Shown here: piece by piece, positions 28,978 to 40,457 of the stretch
Layout of the letters: each line of letters begins with the position of its first letter
Position numbering within the stretch: position 1 is the stretch's first letter
Assembly: GCA_918797485.1 (NCBI GenBank)
Contig: CAKKNE010000002.1
Span: forward strand, 3,782,001-3,846,000
Reading direction: 5' to 3'
Length of the DNA stretch: 64,000 nt
DNA from: Pelagomonas calceolata
Taxonomy: Eukaryota
Program-made: the position numbers and the translations under genes
The notes under the pieces: generated by a model
What the model was told of the DNA's origin: nothing
What the model saw: the letters and a program-made list of their open reading frames with translations, nothing else
Databases searched by the model: none

Positions 28978-30276
28978 TCACATTATCAGGTCGCTTCGCT
29001 CCGCGCGCTCCTGGAGCGCGGCGAGCGCGTCGACGACCTCGGCCGTCGGGACGCGCCCGCGGAGCGTGGCGAAGACCAGGTACCGCCCGCGCGGCGCGCA
29101 CGCGTAGGTCCGGCCGCCGGCGGCGGCGCAGGCCAGCGCGCCGCGCTCGCCGCGGCACCGATCCACGAGGCGGTCGTACTCGCGCGACGCGGCCGCGTCG
29201 CCGCCGGGCGCGCAGAGGCACAGCTTCGTGCCGTCCCGCTCAAAGACGACGGCCGCGTGCTCGCAACCGCCACACACGTCCGGCGGCAGGTCGTTGGTCG
29301 CGTCGCGGAGCGCCTGGAACCTGCGTGGACATAGAATTTAGGTGCCCCACGCCATCGACGCGACGAAGATCTCCGCGTTGGTTAATTTCCACACCGCCCG
29401 GCACGCCCCAGCCTCGAGGAGCGCGGCCTCGAGCCGCGCGCGGCTCGCGTGGAACCGCTCGAAGGCGTCCGGCGCCGCGCCGACCAGCGCCAGCACGGCG
29501 TCGTCCCCGAGGCCCGCGACGTAGGCATGCAAAAAGCCCTGCGATCCCAACACGGGCAGGCACACGGGCGTCCACGCGGCGGCCCCACTCGAGAGCGCGC
29601 TCCGCTGCGAACTCAGAAAGTTGACGAGCGTCGCCACGTCGCGCGTTTCCAGTGAAACGGTCCTAGGCTTCGCCAGGCCCGCGAGGCGGTTCTTCCAGAG
29701 CAGGGCGGCGCAGACGACGGGCACCGGTTTCAACGAGGCGACCGCGTCCTTCAGCTCCCTCTGAATAGCTTTGCGGACGCGCCGTTCCAGCGGCACCGTA
29801 GATACGCTCTCCGTCGCGAGGCCGAGCGGCCCTAGGATGGATAGAGACCGGTCCCACGACCGCGCCAGGCCGGCCAACACGAGCTTCGCACTGCCTAACA
29901 ACGCCGCGACGTCGGCGTTCGGCCGCTGCTTGAGCGCGGCGTGGATCTTGTCCGTCAGGCTCGAGAGCACGGCGTCGTGCGCCGCGGCCGTGCAGCGGCG
30001 CAGCGCCGCGGCGCTCTCGCGGACGCCGCTCGCCACGAAGATGAGTTCTCCTCGTCTATCAATCACAATTTTACGGTCGCCGGCGTCGATCTCATTTATT
30101 GATGCGATCGCGACGCACGCGCTCACGACGGCGGACGTCGTCGCGAGGCGCCCGGGGTCCACGCCGCCGTCGCTGCACCAGACGGGCTTGCCCGAGGGGC
30201 TGACGATGTATAATGTTGCTTTTTGTTTTTTTGAGGCGTCTTCTTGCAGGGAGAGGGTGGCGAGGGCCTCTGCCAT
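28978..30276 (-). CDS. MON1: Vacuolar fusion protein Mon1/SAND-like; introner intron 29321-29404
   Basis: LYIVSPSGKPVW (longin start), WTPVCLP...GFLHAYV; splicing joins EAGA to FQALRD...VCGGCEH. Confidence 0.75.
29321..29396 (-). mobile_element. Introner element 2 (short, diverged)
   Basis: Minus-strand ends CGGTGTGGAAATT...ATGTCCACGCAG; TSD GTGCCGGG/GTTCCAGG; shares internal CCACGCCATCGACGCG with element 1. Confidence 0.75.
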
Positions 30277-32645
30277 GGCTCGGAGAGCTGTGTACAAACT
30301 GGAGCACAGCTCTCGTCCTACGCAGGCAGCGCTCTCAGGAGACAGTGCTAGAGCGGCGCTCGGGCGCTGCGTTTAGGGCCATTGCGCTGATGACTAGGGC
30401 TATTGTGTGTGCTTTCTAGTGTCTTAGTGGCCGCTAGCGTTTAGGGCTATTTGGGTTTTGCTGATTTACCCCCCCCCTCCCTCTACTTCAACTTTACGTT
30501 GAACTTCAATCTGACGCGGCACAAGTATCCTAGGCCTATTCATATAATATTTTGGTTTCCACACTGCCGCCGAATCAGCGCTGCCTCGATTGGGCCGACG
30601 TGACGTTGTGTGTGCTTCTAGACCTGCAAGAATAGGTTGGCGGCAGTTCTTCGCCCATTTCCGTCGCTTGCGTATGGGCGAACATAGTCTTCAGGACAAA
30701 AAAAAGCCCGTCACTGAGCGTCACCTCGAATGGACCATTTTGAGATGAAAGTCGTGTCCACACCCGTCCATACTTTGTATCGCTGGTCGTCGGGTGCGTA
30801 AGACCTGCTCTACAGAGTCACGCTGCCAACGGGTACGACGCGCGGCGGCGTCGGCGGGCCCTCGCTCAGCCCCGGCCCCGGGCCGATGCTCAATTTTAAT
30901 ATTTGATAGTTCCGTGAGTAAGTAGTAGTAATAATAAGCTTGCGTCAGCACCGCCGGCTACTATCATGATAATTATACACAGCTGGGTGAGTGAATGAGT
31001 AATAAATGCGGATGGCTTCCGGGGTCCGTGGACGAGAGAAAGTTTAGGGAACCTCTAGACCCATCAACTCTAACATATTTATGTGTGTGCGCCTATTTTG
31101 GATTGGAAGAGTCCATCTAACACAGTCAGACGATTACTGTGAGGGAGTAGGTGTCCCGTCGACGGCACCGATGTCGGTGACTTCGGAGCCCCGAATTTAT
31201 GCGAAGACGTCCCCAATCCCTGGACCTGCGAATATCCGCGACGCCACTATTACATAAGAGCTTAAAGCAATAACCAGTTCATCAATTAGCCCACTAGTTC
31301 CAGGGCACAGGCACGGTGGACCCCGGCCCATCAACATTTCTCATAAGATCGAAGATCCGATGTGGAGCAGCAATAGCATCCGTAAGTAGAACAACTTCAA
31401 CGTTCAATCCCCGCGGTTTTGCTGAACCCGCGACTTAGCCAGCGCGGCCGGCGTCCAGCAAACAGCAAGGGCAGCCCCAAACCCCAAGCACGGCTGCGTT
31501 TGTGCCATGCGGCAGAGGCAGCAGCTCGTCTGAGGCGCCATGCGCGCGTCAAGCGGCTGCGTTGCGCGCCTGGGCGCCATGCTAGGAATTGGCCTGCTGC
31601 TCCTGCTGTCGGCGAAACGCCGCTCGGCGGCGCAGCTCACTAATGCATTGCTGCTGACGCGGGACGCAAAACATGGCTCTCTTAGGAGCCTCGCAGCGCC
31701 ACACCGCTGCGCGCCGCCCTCCCTGGCTGGAATCCAATGTGAAAGCCTAAATGACTCGCTTTGGCCGTGGGCGCTACGCCGCACGTCGCGGCGTCGTATT
31801 TAAATCATCGCTGCTCTAAAAATCTCCCCCGCAGGTCGGCGGCCGCAGCGTCTGGCCCTGCTGCAGGCCCAAGCGCCGCTTCGTGCGGTGCAAAGGCGGC
31901 GGCCGCCGCGGCGCTCGCCGCGGCCTTGCGAATCACGACCGACAGTGTGCCGTGGCCACGGCATGCACAAACCTAGTCGGCCTCGTGCTTACGTGCGCCG
32001 CCGGCGCAGCCAGCGCGGTCGGCGCGCTCGCCGCGGCCCCTTTTCGGGGTCGCGCACCCGCCGGCGTTGCTTCCGCGCCCGACGCCATCGTCTCCGCGCT
32101 CCCGGCCGACGCAGCGCTGCCCGTGCGCGCCGCCGACGCGACGCCGAGCTCGGACGGTTCGTCTCGAGCCCCCGGCGCCGGCCGGGCAAGCGAGTGCGCG
32201 TTGGCAAGCCGTGGAACGGCGAGCTGCGCGCCGGCGGCGACGCCGCGGGACGACGACGACGCGGAGCCTCGGACGGGCACACCGCGTCGACGGCGTCTTG
32301 CGGCCATTGCGGCCATGCCGGCCGCGCATCTAGCGCAATTTTTGGCGTTCGTGGTGTTTTGTTTTTGTGTAAAGAGTGCCGACCGGCGCACGAATCAACA
32401 GTTCTGCGGCGCCACTCGCGCACTGATTGATTTCCACACAGGTGCGAGCGCCGCCGACTTCGGCGATGTCACCGAGATGGACCTGCGACCGCCAGTGCGG
32501 AAAGTTGCTTTCTCGGATCGATCGTCTACATGTTCGCCGTCGCTCGAAGTGGTCTCGACGGCTTCGTGTCCCAGAAAGGAGCGACATGACCGCATTCTCG
32601 CTTTATCCAAATCTCACTCACTGTTTGATTCCACACAGGAGTCAG

Positions 32646-34284
32646 ATGTTGTTGGATGCCCTGGGCGCACCAGCCGTCGCGGTGGCGACCGGCGTCGGCG
32701 GCCTCGCGGCAGGAGCGGTCGTCGTGGGACGTCGCCGCCGCCGAGTATCTGGGACAACGCCACCCCGTCCACCACGGCCTCGAGTCGGGGAGGAGGACGA
32801 CGGAGGCCGTCCCCTTGGGCCGCCTCCGCCTGGTGCTGCGCTCGTCGCCGAGCTTGGCCCTGGCTGGGGGCCCGGCGCGGCGCGTCATGGCGACGCCGGC
32901 GACCCCTACGACTTCGACGACCTCCGGAGCCGCGACGAGGCCGACCCTGCCGGCGCCGACCACGCGGTGAACGCGTGCGCCTCAGGCTCGAGCCTCGGCG
33001 CGGACGTCTCGGACGGCGAGATCTCCGATTCCGACGAGGAGCCCCCTCCCGCCTACGACGACATGGGCTTCGATCTCGACGAGGAGCCGCCTCCCGCCTA
33101 CGAGGAGGAGCAGCTCGTCGCGCAAAGAGATGCCGACGCGGCGCCGCCGTTCCGTGGGACGCCCGACACGCTGGTGCTCCGGCCGGGCGACGGGCAGCTC
33201 GCCGCGCCGGCGCCGGCGGGCGAGTTCCTCCAGGCGAACGCCCAGCTCGCGCAGGACATCTCGGACCAACCTCTGCAAGAATTACCGGGCCCGGAGCAAG
33301 CACCTGTGCACGTCCTGACCGACCTCGGGCGACGGGCCGCTCTCAACGCGTCCAACGCGTCGGCGACCGCTCGCGAAGGCTCGCACGGCCACGAACTCCG
33401 ACGCGATCAAACTCGGGCGACGGAGACGCATTTCTTAGTGGATATCGTCATCGGCTCCGCGGGCCCGGACGCCACGGTCTACCAGTACTTCAAGACAAAT
33501 AGGCAGCACGCCAGGGGGGCCATTCATCGGCTGCTCGCCGCTGCCGCTTCGCGTGCCGAGTGGCTGCGAGGGGCCGCCTTTATTCCAGCGATCCATCACA
33601 ACAAGCTGCAGGCGCAGCCCGACGACCGCGTTTGGGACGCCGCCAATGCTGTGGTGCAATCCGTGGAAGGCGCGCAGCTGGCCGACAAGGTCATCCGTCG
33701 ACCCCTCGGCGCGCCGCCGCTCGATAAGGCGTCTCGCGACGACAACGAGGCCAGACGACGCTGGCACGTGGGCAAGCTCGCCGTCGATGATGAGGAGCTC
33801 ATCAAGATCAGAGAGACCACTGACACGCTCGCCATCTTCGACGACGACCACTGGACGGGGTTTACGCTCGACGCGATCTTCGACGTGCTCGACGAGGCCA
33901 ACGACAGGCTCCGGCTGGGCTTCAACATCATTTGCCTCACGTTCGCGCGGTGCGCGCCGGCGACGCGCGCGACGCCGACGTTCTCTGACCTGACGCGGGA
34001 CGTACGTCGTGTTCTTCGACCGGAGCGAGGCGACGGCGGACCTGGACTTCGACGACGACGGCTGCCTCTACGCGCTGTCCGGGCGCGTCGAGCTGAACGA
34101 GTGGCACGGCAAGAAGAGCCTGAAGGTCTCGGACTACGACGGGAAGTTCGCGCTCGCGCGCCGGCCCGGGTCGCGCGCCTGCCTCGAGTGCGACGAGCGC
34201 ATCGACGACGACGAGCCCAAGTGGAAGGAGATCTGCCTCAAGTGCTACCTCGACAAGAAGAAGAGCGCCTCCGAATCCGGGTGA
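32646..34284 (+). CDS. Hypothetical protein with acidic region and C-terminal OB-like/CxxC-CxxC zinc-finger segment; 5' structure uncertain
   Basis: Long ORF 32427-34295 plus alternate-frame tail GRVELNEWHGKKSLKV...CLEC...WKEICLKCY; probable intron 33950-33998. Confidence 0.5.
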
Positions 34285-34312
34285 GGAGCTCGTAAGAACA
34301 ATGATATGTAGA

Positions 34313-35461
34313 TCACACACTACTAGCGGCGCGGGCCTTCGAGGCCAGGCCGCTGAGCGCCGCGACGCGCTGGGACGGCGTCGGCATGCGCGCCGCGTAG
34401 AGGAGCCGCCGCGCGACCGCCGCCGTCGGCCCGCCGACGTTCAACAAGTCCGAGAGCCCGGGCACCAAAGCAAACGAAGCGTCCTCCTCGCCAAAAGTCA
34501 GGGCCTCGCCGAGCTCGGCGAAGCGGAAGTTGGCGATGGTCGACGACCCCGCGAGCGCGCCGCGCACGTTCCGCGCCGCGCAGGCGGACTGCTGCAGCGC
34601 CATCTGCGCCGACGGAAGATTGGAGACGCCCGCGACGGTCGCGCAGTCGCCGAGCGCGAAGACGTCCGGGGCGCCGCGCACGCGCAGGCCCGCGTCCGCC
34701 GCGAGGGCGCCCGTGCTCCGGGACCGGCAGCGGCGCGGCGCCCCGCGAATGGAAGAAGGAAGCCGCGAGCCGGCCGTCCACATCACCAAATCCGCGTCCG
34801 CGCCGTCGTACGCCGCCTCCAATTTCACGGCGACGCCCGCCGCTTCCAACGCCTTCGCCGCCGCCGCGCGGTTCCCGGGCGCCGCGTTCGGCACCAGGGC
34901 GTCGCCGCGGTCCCAGAGCGTGACGGCGTCGCCGGGCCGCTTCCTTTTTAAATTGCAGGCGAGCTCGACGCCCGTGTACCCCCCGCCGACGACGACAATA
35001 TCCTTGGAAGCAGCATCCCATCCATTCAAAGTCTCCCGGACGAACGTCGCGTCCTCGAGGCGGTAGAAGGGCCGCGCGGTCGCGGGCGCCTCCGGCGCCT
35101 CGCGGCCGAGCGCCACGACGAGCGCCTCGCCCTCAAGACGCGTGCCGTCGTCCAGCGTCGCGGATTTCGCGTCGAAGTCGATGCTTTCCACAGATGCCCG
35201 TTTGAAGGTCAGGTTCGGCACGCGGCAGAGCTCCTCGAAGGGCGCCGAGACCTCGTCGGCGTCGGCCGCGCCGCAGGCATAATCATAAAGCAGCGGCAGG
35301 AACGCGAAGCGCTCGCGCGCGTCGACGAGTGTCGTCTTGACGCCGCCGTTCGCGAGGTTCAGGGCCGTGTAGAGGCCCGCGAAGCCGCCTCCCAGTACGA
35401 GCGCTTGCAGGGCGGAGGCGGCGTGCAGGGTCGCGAGCAGGACGAGCGTGGTGCGCGTCAT
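34313..35461 (-). CDS. Type II NAD(P)H dehydrogenase family (NDC1/NdbB-like), signal peptide
   Basis: GGGFAG, FAFLPLLY, VVGGGYTGVELA, WTAG, VFALGD and AQMALQQ motifs; ASAL after a hydrophobic leader. Confidence 0.8.
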   Translation of the reverse strand: MTRTTLVLLATLHAASALQALVLGGGFAGLYTALNLANGGVKTTLVDARERFAFLPLLYDYACGAADADEVSAPFEELCRVPNLTFKRASVESIDFDAKSATLDDGTRLEGEALVVALGREAPEAPATARPFYRLEDATFVRETLNGWDAASKDIVVVGGGYTGVELACNLKRKRPGDAVTLWDRGDALVPNAAPGNRAAAAKALEAAGVAVKLEAAYDGADADLVMWTAGSRLPSSIRGAPRRCRSRSTGALAADAGLRVRGAPDVFALGDCATVAGVSNLPSAQMALQQSACAARNVRGALAGSSTIANFRFAELGEALTFGEEDASFALVPGLSDLLNVGGPTAAVARRLLYAARMPTPSQRVAALSGLASKARAASSV

Positions 35462-35688
35462 TAGGCTCTCTGACACACTGGAGCACTAAGACCACGTTCG
35501 GTCCCAAGCAGCCGGCTAGATGTTCGAAGCAGGTCTGTGAGAAGCTATGCGGCTATAGCGTAACGTAGGTTTGCACGAATCGTCGCGAGATGCGTGTAAA
35601 AGCTGTAGGAGTCTGTGTTAAAGCTAGTACATCGCTAGTTCCGACGCGACGGTGGAGTGTGTAATATAAGACTCTTTCCGAAAAAACG

Positions 35689-36504
35689 TTAGTCCTCGAG
35701 CAGCTTCTGGACCTGGCGCTTGACCTTCTCCTTCTTCTTGGCGGCCTTGTACTTGCGCCAGTCGTACTTCTTGTGCTTGAGTTTTTGTTTTTTGGCCGCG
35801 GCCTCGGCGCGGTTCGCCGCGAGGGAATCCAAATCGAAGTAGTGGGCCATCATGCGGCCCTCCCTATCTTGAGGAATACCCTTGCTGTCCCAGTGGTTGC
35901 CGCCGTTCGCGTACTCGAAGCGGCCCGTCGCGCGGTTGAAGGTCGCGGACGCGGCGTAGGGGTCCGCGGCCGTTTGGGATACGGCCGTGGTGGTTGCGTC
36001 GACGAAACCTTCAGGAGGGGGGTCCCAGGAAGTCGCGTTCGTCTTCGTGTTGCTGAAGTAGGGCACGCCGCTACTGACGTCCGTGTGCTTGACCCAGTCC
36101 GTGCGGCCCGTCGTCGGCGCGTCGCCCAGCAGCGTCTGGATGTAGGCCGACGACGGCGTCTTGGTCTGCTTCTCCTTCCATGCTTCGTGGCTCGGATTAC
36201 TACTGCTTTCGGTTGGCACGTCCCAGGACGTCGCGCCCGTGGCCGCGTGCCAGTAGTACGTCGCGCCGGTCTTCTGGTCGGGGTGCGCCGTCCAGCCGGG
36301 CGGCAGCGCGGGCTCCGGCGGCGGCGGCGGCGGCGGCGGCGGTATGGTCGGCGCCGCCTGGTCCGCGGGCGCGAGCGCGCTCGGCGCCGGCGCGCTCGGC
36401 GCGGCTCCCGGCGGCGCGACGTCGAAGAAGTCGATGGCCGAGGCGCGCGCGGGCTTGCTCGTGCCGGGCGGCGCGTCGTCCGTGCCGGGCGGTCGGTCGT
36501 CCAT
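35689..36504 (-). CDS. Tandem WW-domain protein
   Basis: LPPGWTAH...YYWH...TSWDVP and DWVKH...YFSN...TSWDPP. Confidence 0.85.
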   Translation of the reverse strand: MDDRPPGTDDAPPGTSKPARASAIDFFDVAPPGAAPSAPAPSALAPADQAAPTIPPPPPPPPPEPALPPGWTAHPDQKTGATYYWHAATGATSWDVPTESSSNPSHEAWKEKQTKTPSSAYIQTLLGDAPTTGRTDWVKHTDVSSGVPYFSNTKTNATSWDPPPEGFVDATTTAVSQTAADPYAASATFNRATGRFEYANGGNHWDSKGIPQDREGRMMAHYFDLDSLAANRAEAAAKKQKLKHKKYDWRKYKAAKKKEKVKRQVQKLLED

Positions 36505-36968
36505 GGCTCGCGCTGCAAGTGCTGCGGCGCGACGCCTTATGAGCCGAAATGAGGGAGTGCCGGCCTCCTAATGCTGCAGCGCGCCGCACGTCGAGCGACG
36601 CCTGTGAGCGCCTGCTGAGCCGAATGAGGGAGTGCTGGCCTCCGCAGCGGCGGCGTTAGCCGAGGGCTGGAGCAGCGCAGCGCGAGAGTTCGCTGAGCAC
36701 TGCGGCTCCTCCGAAAGCGCAGAGGTGGAGCAATGCGTCTCGTCGCGTGAAATTTCACGGGGCTAGCGTATATCGACACTAGTTTTGACCGCAAGCGATA
36801 TTGTATTGCTTGCGGCCTAGGGTTCCTTAGCATCGTAGCGCTGGGAAAAAGTGCTATATCAACACTGCTACCATTGCTGCTGGTTGCAGTCGTAGGCGTT
36901 GCAGCATTGCAGTAGTTTTGCAGCAGTGTAAGACACAGTGCAAGCAGTAAGTGTGCAGCAGCACAAAA

Positions 36969-39900
36969 ATGGAGCAAGCAGCACAGCTCAAGACCATCCT
37001 CGAAGGCCTCTTAGTGCCGGACAACGCGACGCGCCAGGCCGCCGAAGCGGCTTTAGAAAACGCCCAAAAGACGCAGCCGAGCCCGTTCCTGCTCGCGCTC
37101 CTCACGCTCTGCGGCGACTGGTGCGTCGCCGAGCTCAAACGCGCGAACGGCGCGAGCTGCGTGGACGCGGCGGCCGAAATCAGGACGATGGCCGCCGTTT
37201 TACTACGAAGGAAGATCCAAGCGCACTACACTGCCTTGGACGACGCCACGAAAACTCAAATCCAACGGTGGCTCGCGACGTCCCTGACGACGCCGCCGCC
37301 AGAAAACGAGCCGGACCTCGCGCGGAAGCTGGGCGATATCGTCGCCGCCGTGGCGACGCTCGACGAGGGTTTTTCCGAGGACGTCAAGCCGGCTTTACTG
37401 AACGCGCTCTCCACGAATCAAACCGCGGGCGCGCTCGAGGCTCTCGTAAGGGGCGATTTTGTGGATGAGGGCGCCTTCTCGACGCAATGCGCCCCCAGGC
37501 TCGCGCGGCTCTGCGCCTCGACCGACGCGGCCACGCGACGGCGCGTCGTCGCGGCCATGAGCCGCACGCTCCTCGCGTTACAAGAGTCGGCGCACGACGA
37601 TGCTATCGTCGAGGCGTATTTGACGGCCGCCCTCGACGCGTCGCACGAAGATGCCTTACTGAACGGCCTCGAGGCCTTGATCGACCTCGTCACGGAGGTC
37701 CCGCGACTGTTTCGTTCGAAGGCGCCTCAAACGTTGACGTACGTCCTGCAGCTCGTCGCCACACGAAAGGGCGGCGTGCGCGCGCTGGCCGTCGAGTTCG
37801 TCGTGTCCTTCGCCGAGGCCGCGCCGGCGACGTGCCGCAAGGCCCGGCTCGAAGTGAATGGCGTCGACGCGTGCTGCGGTTTGCTGATGGAGGAGGACCC
37901 GGCACCGGAGGCGTGGGAAGTATCGGAAGAGCCCGAGCCGGATTTGGACGCGGAATCTGGGAGGGAGCTGGGCAGAGACGCCCTCGACCGGCTAGCTCGG
38001 GCGCTGCGGCCCGAGGCGCTACTCCCGCGAGCCATGGTCGTCGCATCAGAATTATTACAAAGGGGCGCCCAGGGGGACTGGAGGGCCGCGCGGGCCGCGT
38101 GCGACGCCCTCGCGCAGCTCGCCGAACATATCGGCGATTTACGCGCGGCGTCGGCGAAGGCTAGGAAGAACGTGCCCCTCCTCGACGGCGCGCGGACGGC
38201 GTCGACCAAAAAGCGCGTCGCGGATCTGGTGACTTCCCTGCTCCCGTTCGCGACGGGCTACCCCGCGGCCGTCGTGCGCGCGGCGGCCTGGGACGCGCTG
38301 GGCCAGGCGGCCGCGGACCTGCAGCCGCAGCTCCAGGACGATCACGCGTCCGTCGTGCTGCCGGCATTGTTAAATTCCATCGGCGGCGACGCGGCGCCGC
38401 GGGTCCGCGCGTGCGCCGCGCGCGCGCTGCTCTGCTTCCTGGACGGCTGCGGCTTTAGCACGCTGGAGCCGCACCTGGAACACTGCGCTCGAACATTATC
38501 CGCGACGCTGACGGAGGCGCCGACGTTCGTGCGCGAGTACTGCGTCGCGGCGGCGGCCGCACTCGCGGCGAGCGTCGAGTCGTGCTGGGACGAGCGAAAG
38601 AAGAAGATGGTCTCGACGGAGCTCTACGGGCTCTTCGCGCCTTCCCTAAAACCGCTCATCGGCGGCGGCGGCCCGGGCGCCGCCGCCGCGGCGCTCCGCG
38701 CGCGGTCGCTCGAGTGCCTCGCGTTATTGGGATGCGAGGCCGGCGTCGACGTCTTCGGGCGGGATGCGGCGGAATTATTACAAGTCGTGACGCGCGACTA
38801 CTTCGACGAGGCCACGCGGCGGCCCGAGGACGACGCGGAGCGGGGCGGCGCGCTGAAGAGCGTCGTGCGCGTCGCGGCGTGCCTCGGCGAGGACTTCGCG
38901 CCGTTTCTGGGACGGGTCGTGCCGCCGCTCCTCGAGGCGGCGAGCGGCAATCGGTTGCTCGTCGAGAAGGACGATAGCGATGATGATGAGGAGGGGCAGT
39001 ACGTCATCCGCACCGAGGCCCTCGAGGAGCAGTGCCAGGCGTGCAACCTGGTGCTGCTGCTGGCCGAGGCGACGGGCGCGTTGTTCGCAAACTACGTGCC
39101 CGCGTGCCTCGAGGCCCTCGCGCCGGTGGCGGGCAGCGCCATGGTCGGCGACGTGCGCGCGGTGGCGCTGTCCGCGTTGCCGGCGCTGGTCGGCTGCGCG
39201 AACCGGGCCGCGTTAGCCGTAGGAGGCGACTGCCGCGGGCCCCTGCTCTTCGCCCTAGACGCGTGCCTCGCGAGCCTCGCGGAGGAGGACGAGAGCGAGC
39301 CCCTCGAGACGGCCTGTCGAGCCTTCGGCGCCTGCCTCGAGGCGGGCTGTCGCCGCGACGTCGACGCCAAGACCTTTCAACCTTTGTTGAGGGGGTCGCG
39401 GCTCGATCCGGCGCAGCTCCTCGAGGCGCTCCACGCGGCCCTGGCGGCGACGCTCCAGCGGAGGGCAGTCAGAGCGGCCGAAGCCACGGTCGACCAGGAT
39501 TATGATGATGTCCAGCGGGCCGCCGACGACGAGGAGGGCGAGCGCGACGCGTCGATCCTCCATCATTTGGGAGAGGGCTGCGGCAGTCTGCTCAAGACGC
39601 ACGCGCCCGATACATTGACAGCATTGCTGGACGGCGCCTGGGCGCAGCGCCTCGCGCACATGGCCCAGCCGCAGTGCCTCGAGGAGGACCGGCGCTTCGC
39701 GGTCTACGTGGTCTGCGACGCGCTCGAGTTCGGGCCCGGCGGGGACGACGCGGCGCGGGCGCGGGCGGCGTCGTTAATCCCGGTGCTCCTCGAGAGCTGC
39801 GCGCCGGAGACGCCCGCCGCGCGGCGCCAGGCGGCCTGCTACGGTTTGGGGGTCGCGGCGACGGCGCTGCAGGCCCACTTCGCGCCCTACGCCGAAAATG

Positions 39901-40436
39901 CGGTCCGGGCGCTGGTGCAGCTGATGGCCGCGCGGCCCGACGCGTCCACGACGGCCGCCTGCCTGCCGGTCGAGGGCTTTGGCGACGACGACTCGGACTA
40001 CGAGGACGTGTCGGACGACGAGGACGGCAACGCCGTCCAGGAGGCGCTCGTCGCCGACAACGCGGCGTCGGCGCTCGCGCGCGTGCTGGTCGTGAGCTGC
40101 CCCGACGCCGGGGCCTGGAGCCTCTGGGTCCAGTACATGCCCCTGCTCGCGGACTGCACCGAGGCCGACGCGGCGCTGACGTGCCTCTGCGAGGGCATTC
40201 GCACGGGGAGCCTCCCCGCGCCTCTGAATCTGGTCGTCTCGTGCCTGGGCCGCTGCGCCGTCGCGCTCAAGGCCGGCGCGCACGGCACGACGGCGCGGGG
40301 CACGAGCCCCACCGAGTTCGACGGCGCTAAGCAGCGGCTCGGCGGCGCGCTCGCGGCGCTGCAGCAGTCCGCGGGCGCCGAGTTCGCTGCGCTGCCCGAC
40401 GACGCGCGGCAGGCGCTTCAGGAGTGTGCGTTGTAG
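36969..40436 (+). CDS. IPO5: Importin-5/karyopherin beta-3-like HEAT-repeat protein
   Basis: LEGLLVPDNATRQAAE, RTMAAVLLRR, LDRLA, PRVRA, IRTEALEE, RQAACYGLG, DNAASA. Confidence 0.75.
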   Translation: MEQAAQLKTILEGLLVPDNATRQAAEAALENAQKTQPSPFLLALLTLCGDWCVAELKRANGASCVDAAAEIRTMAAVLLRRKIQAHYTALDDATKTQIQRWLATSLTTPPPENEPDLARKLGDIVAAVATLDEGFSEDVKPALLNALSTNQTAGALEALVRGDFVDEGAFSTQCAPRLARLCASTDAATRRRVVAAMSRTLLALQESAHDDAIVEAYLTAALDASHEDALLNGLEALIDLVTEVPRLFRSKAPQTLTYVLQLVATRKGGVRALAVEFVVSFAEAAPATCRKARLEVNGVDACCGLLMEEDPAPEAWEVSEEPEPDLDAESGRELGRDALDRLARALRPEALLPRAMVVASELLQRGAQGDWRAARAACDALAQLAEHIGDLRAASAKARKNVPLLDGARTASTKKRVADLVTSLLPFATGYPAAVVRAAAWDALGQAAADLQPQLQDDHASVVLPALLNSIGGDAAPRVRACAARALLCFLDGCGFSTLEPHLEHCARTLSATLTEAPTFVREYCVAAAAALAASVESCWDERKKKMVSTELYGLFAPSLKPLIGGGGPGAAAAALRARSLECLALLGCEAGVDVFGRDAAELLQVVTRDYFDEATRRPEDDAERGGALKSVVRVAACLGEDFAPFLGRVVPPLLEAASGNRLLVEKDDSDDDEEGQYVIRTEALEEQCQACNLVLLLAEATGALFANYVPACLEALAPVAGSAMVGDVRAVALSALPALVGCANRAALAVGGDCRGPLLFALDACLASLAEEDESEPLETACRAFGACLEAGCRRDVDAKTFQPLLRGSRLDPAQLLEALHAALAATLQRRAVRAAEATVDQDYDDVQRAADDEEGERDASILHHLGEGCGSLLKTHAPDTLTALLDGAWAQRLAHMAQPQCLEEDRRFAVYVVCDALEFGPGGDDAARARAASLIPVLLESCAPETPAARRQAACYGLGVAATALQAHFAPYAENAVRALVQLMAARPDASTTAACLPVEGFGDDDSDYEDVSDDEDGNAVQEALVADNAASALARVLVVSCPDAGAWSLWVQYMPLLADCTEADAALTCLCEGIRTGSLPAPLNLVVSCLGRCAVALKAGAHGTTARGTSPTEFDGAKQRLGGALAALQQSAGAEFAALPDDARQALQECAL

Positions 40437-40457
40437 TTTAATTGTACTATTTACAAA

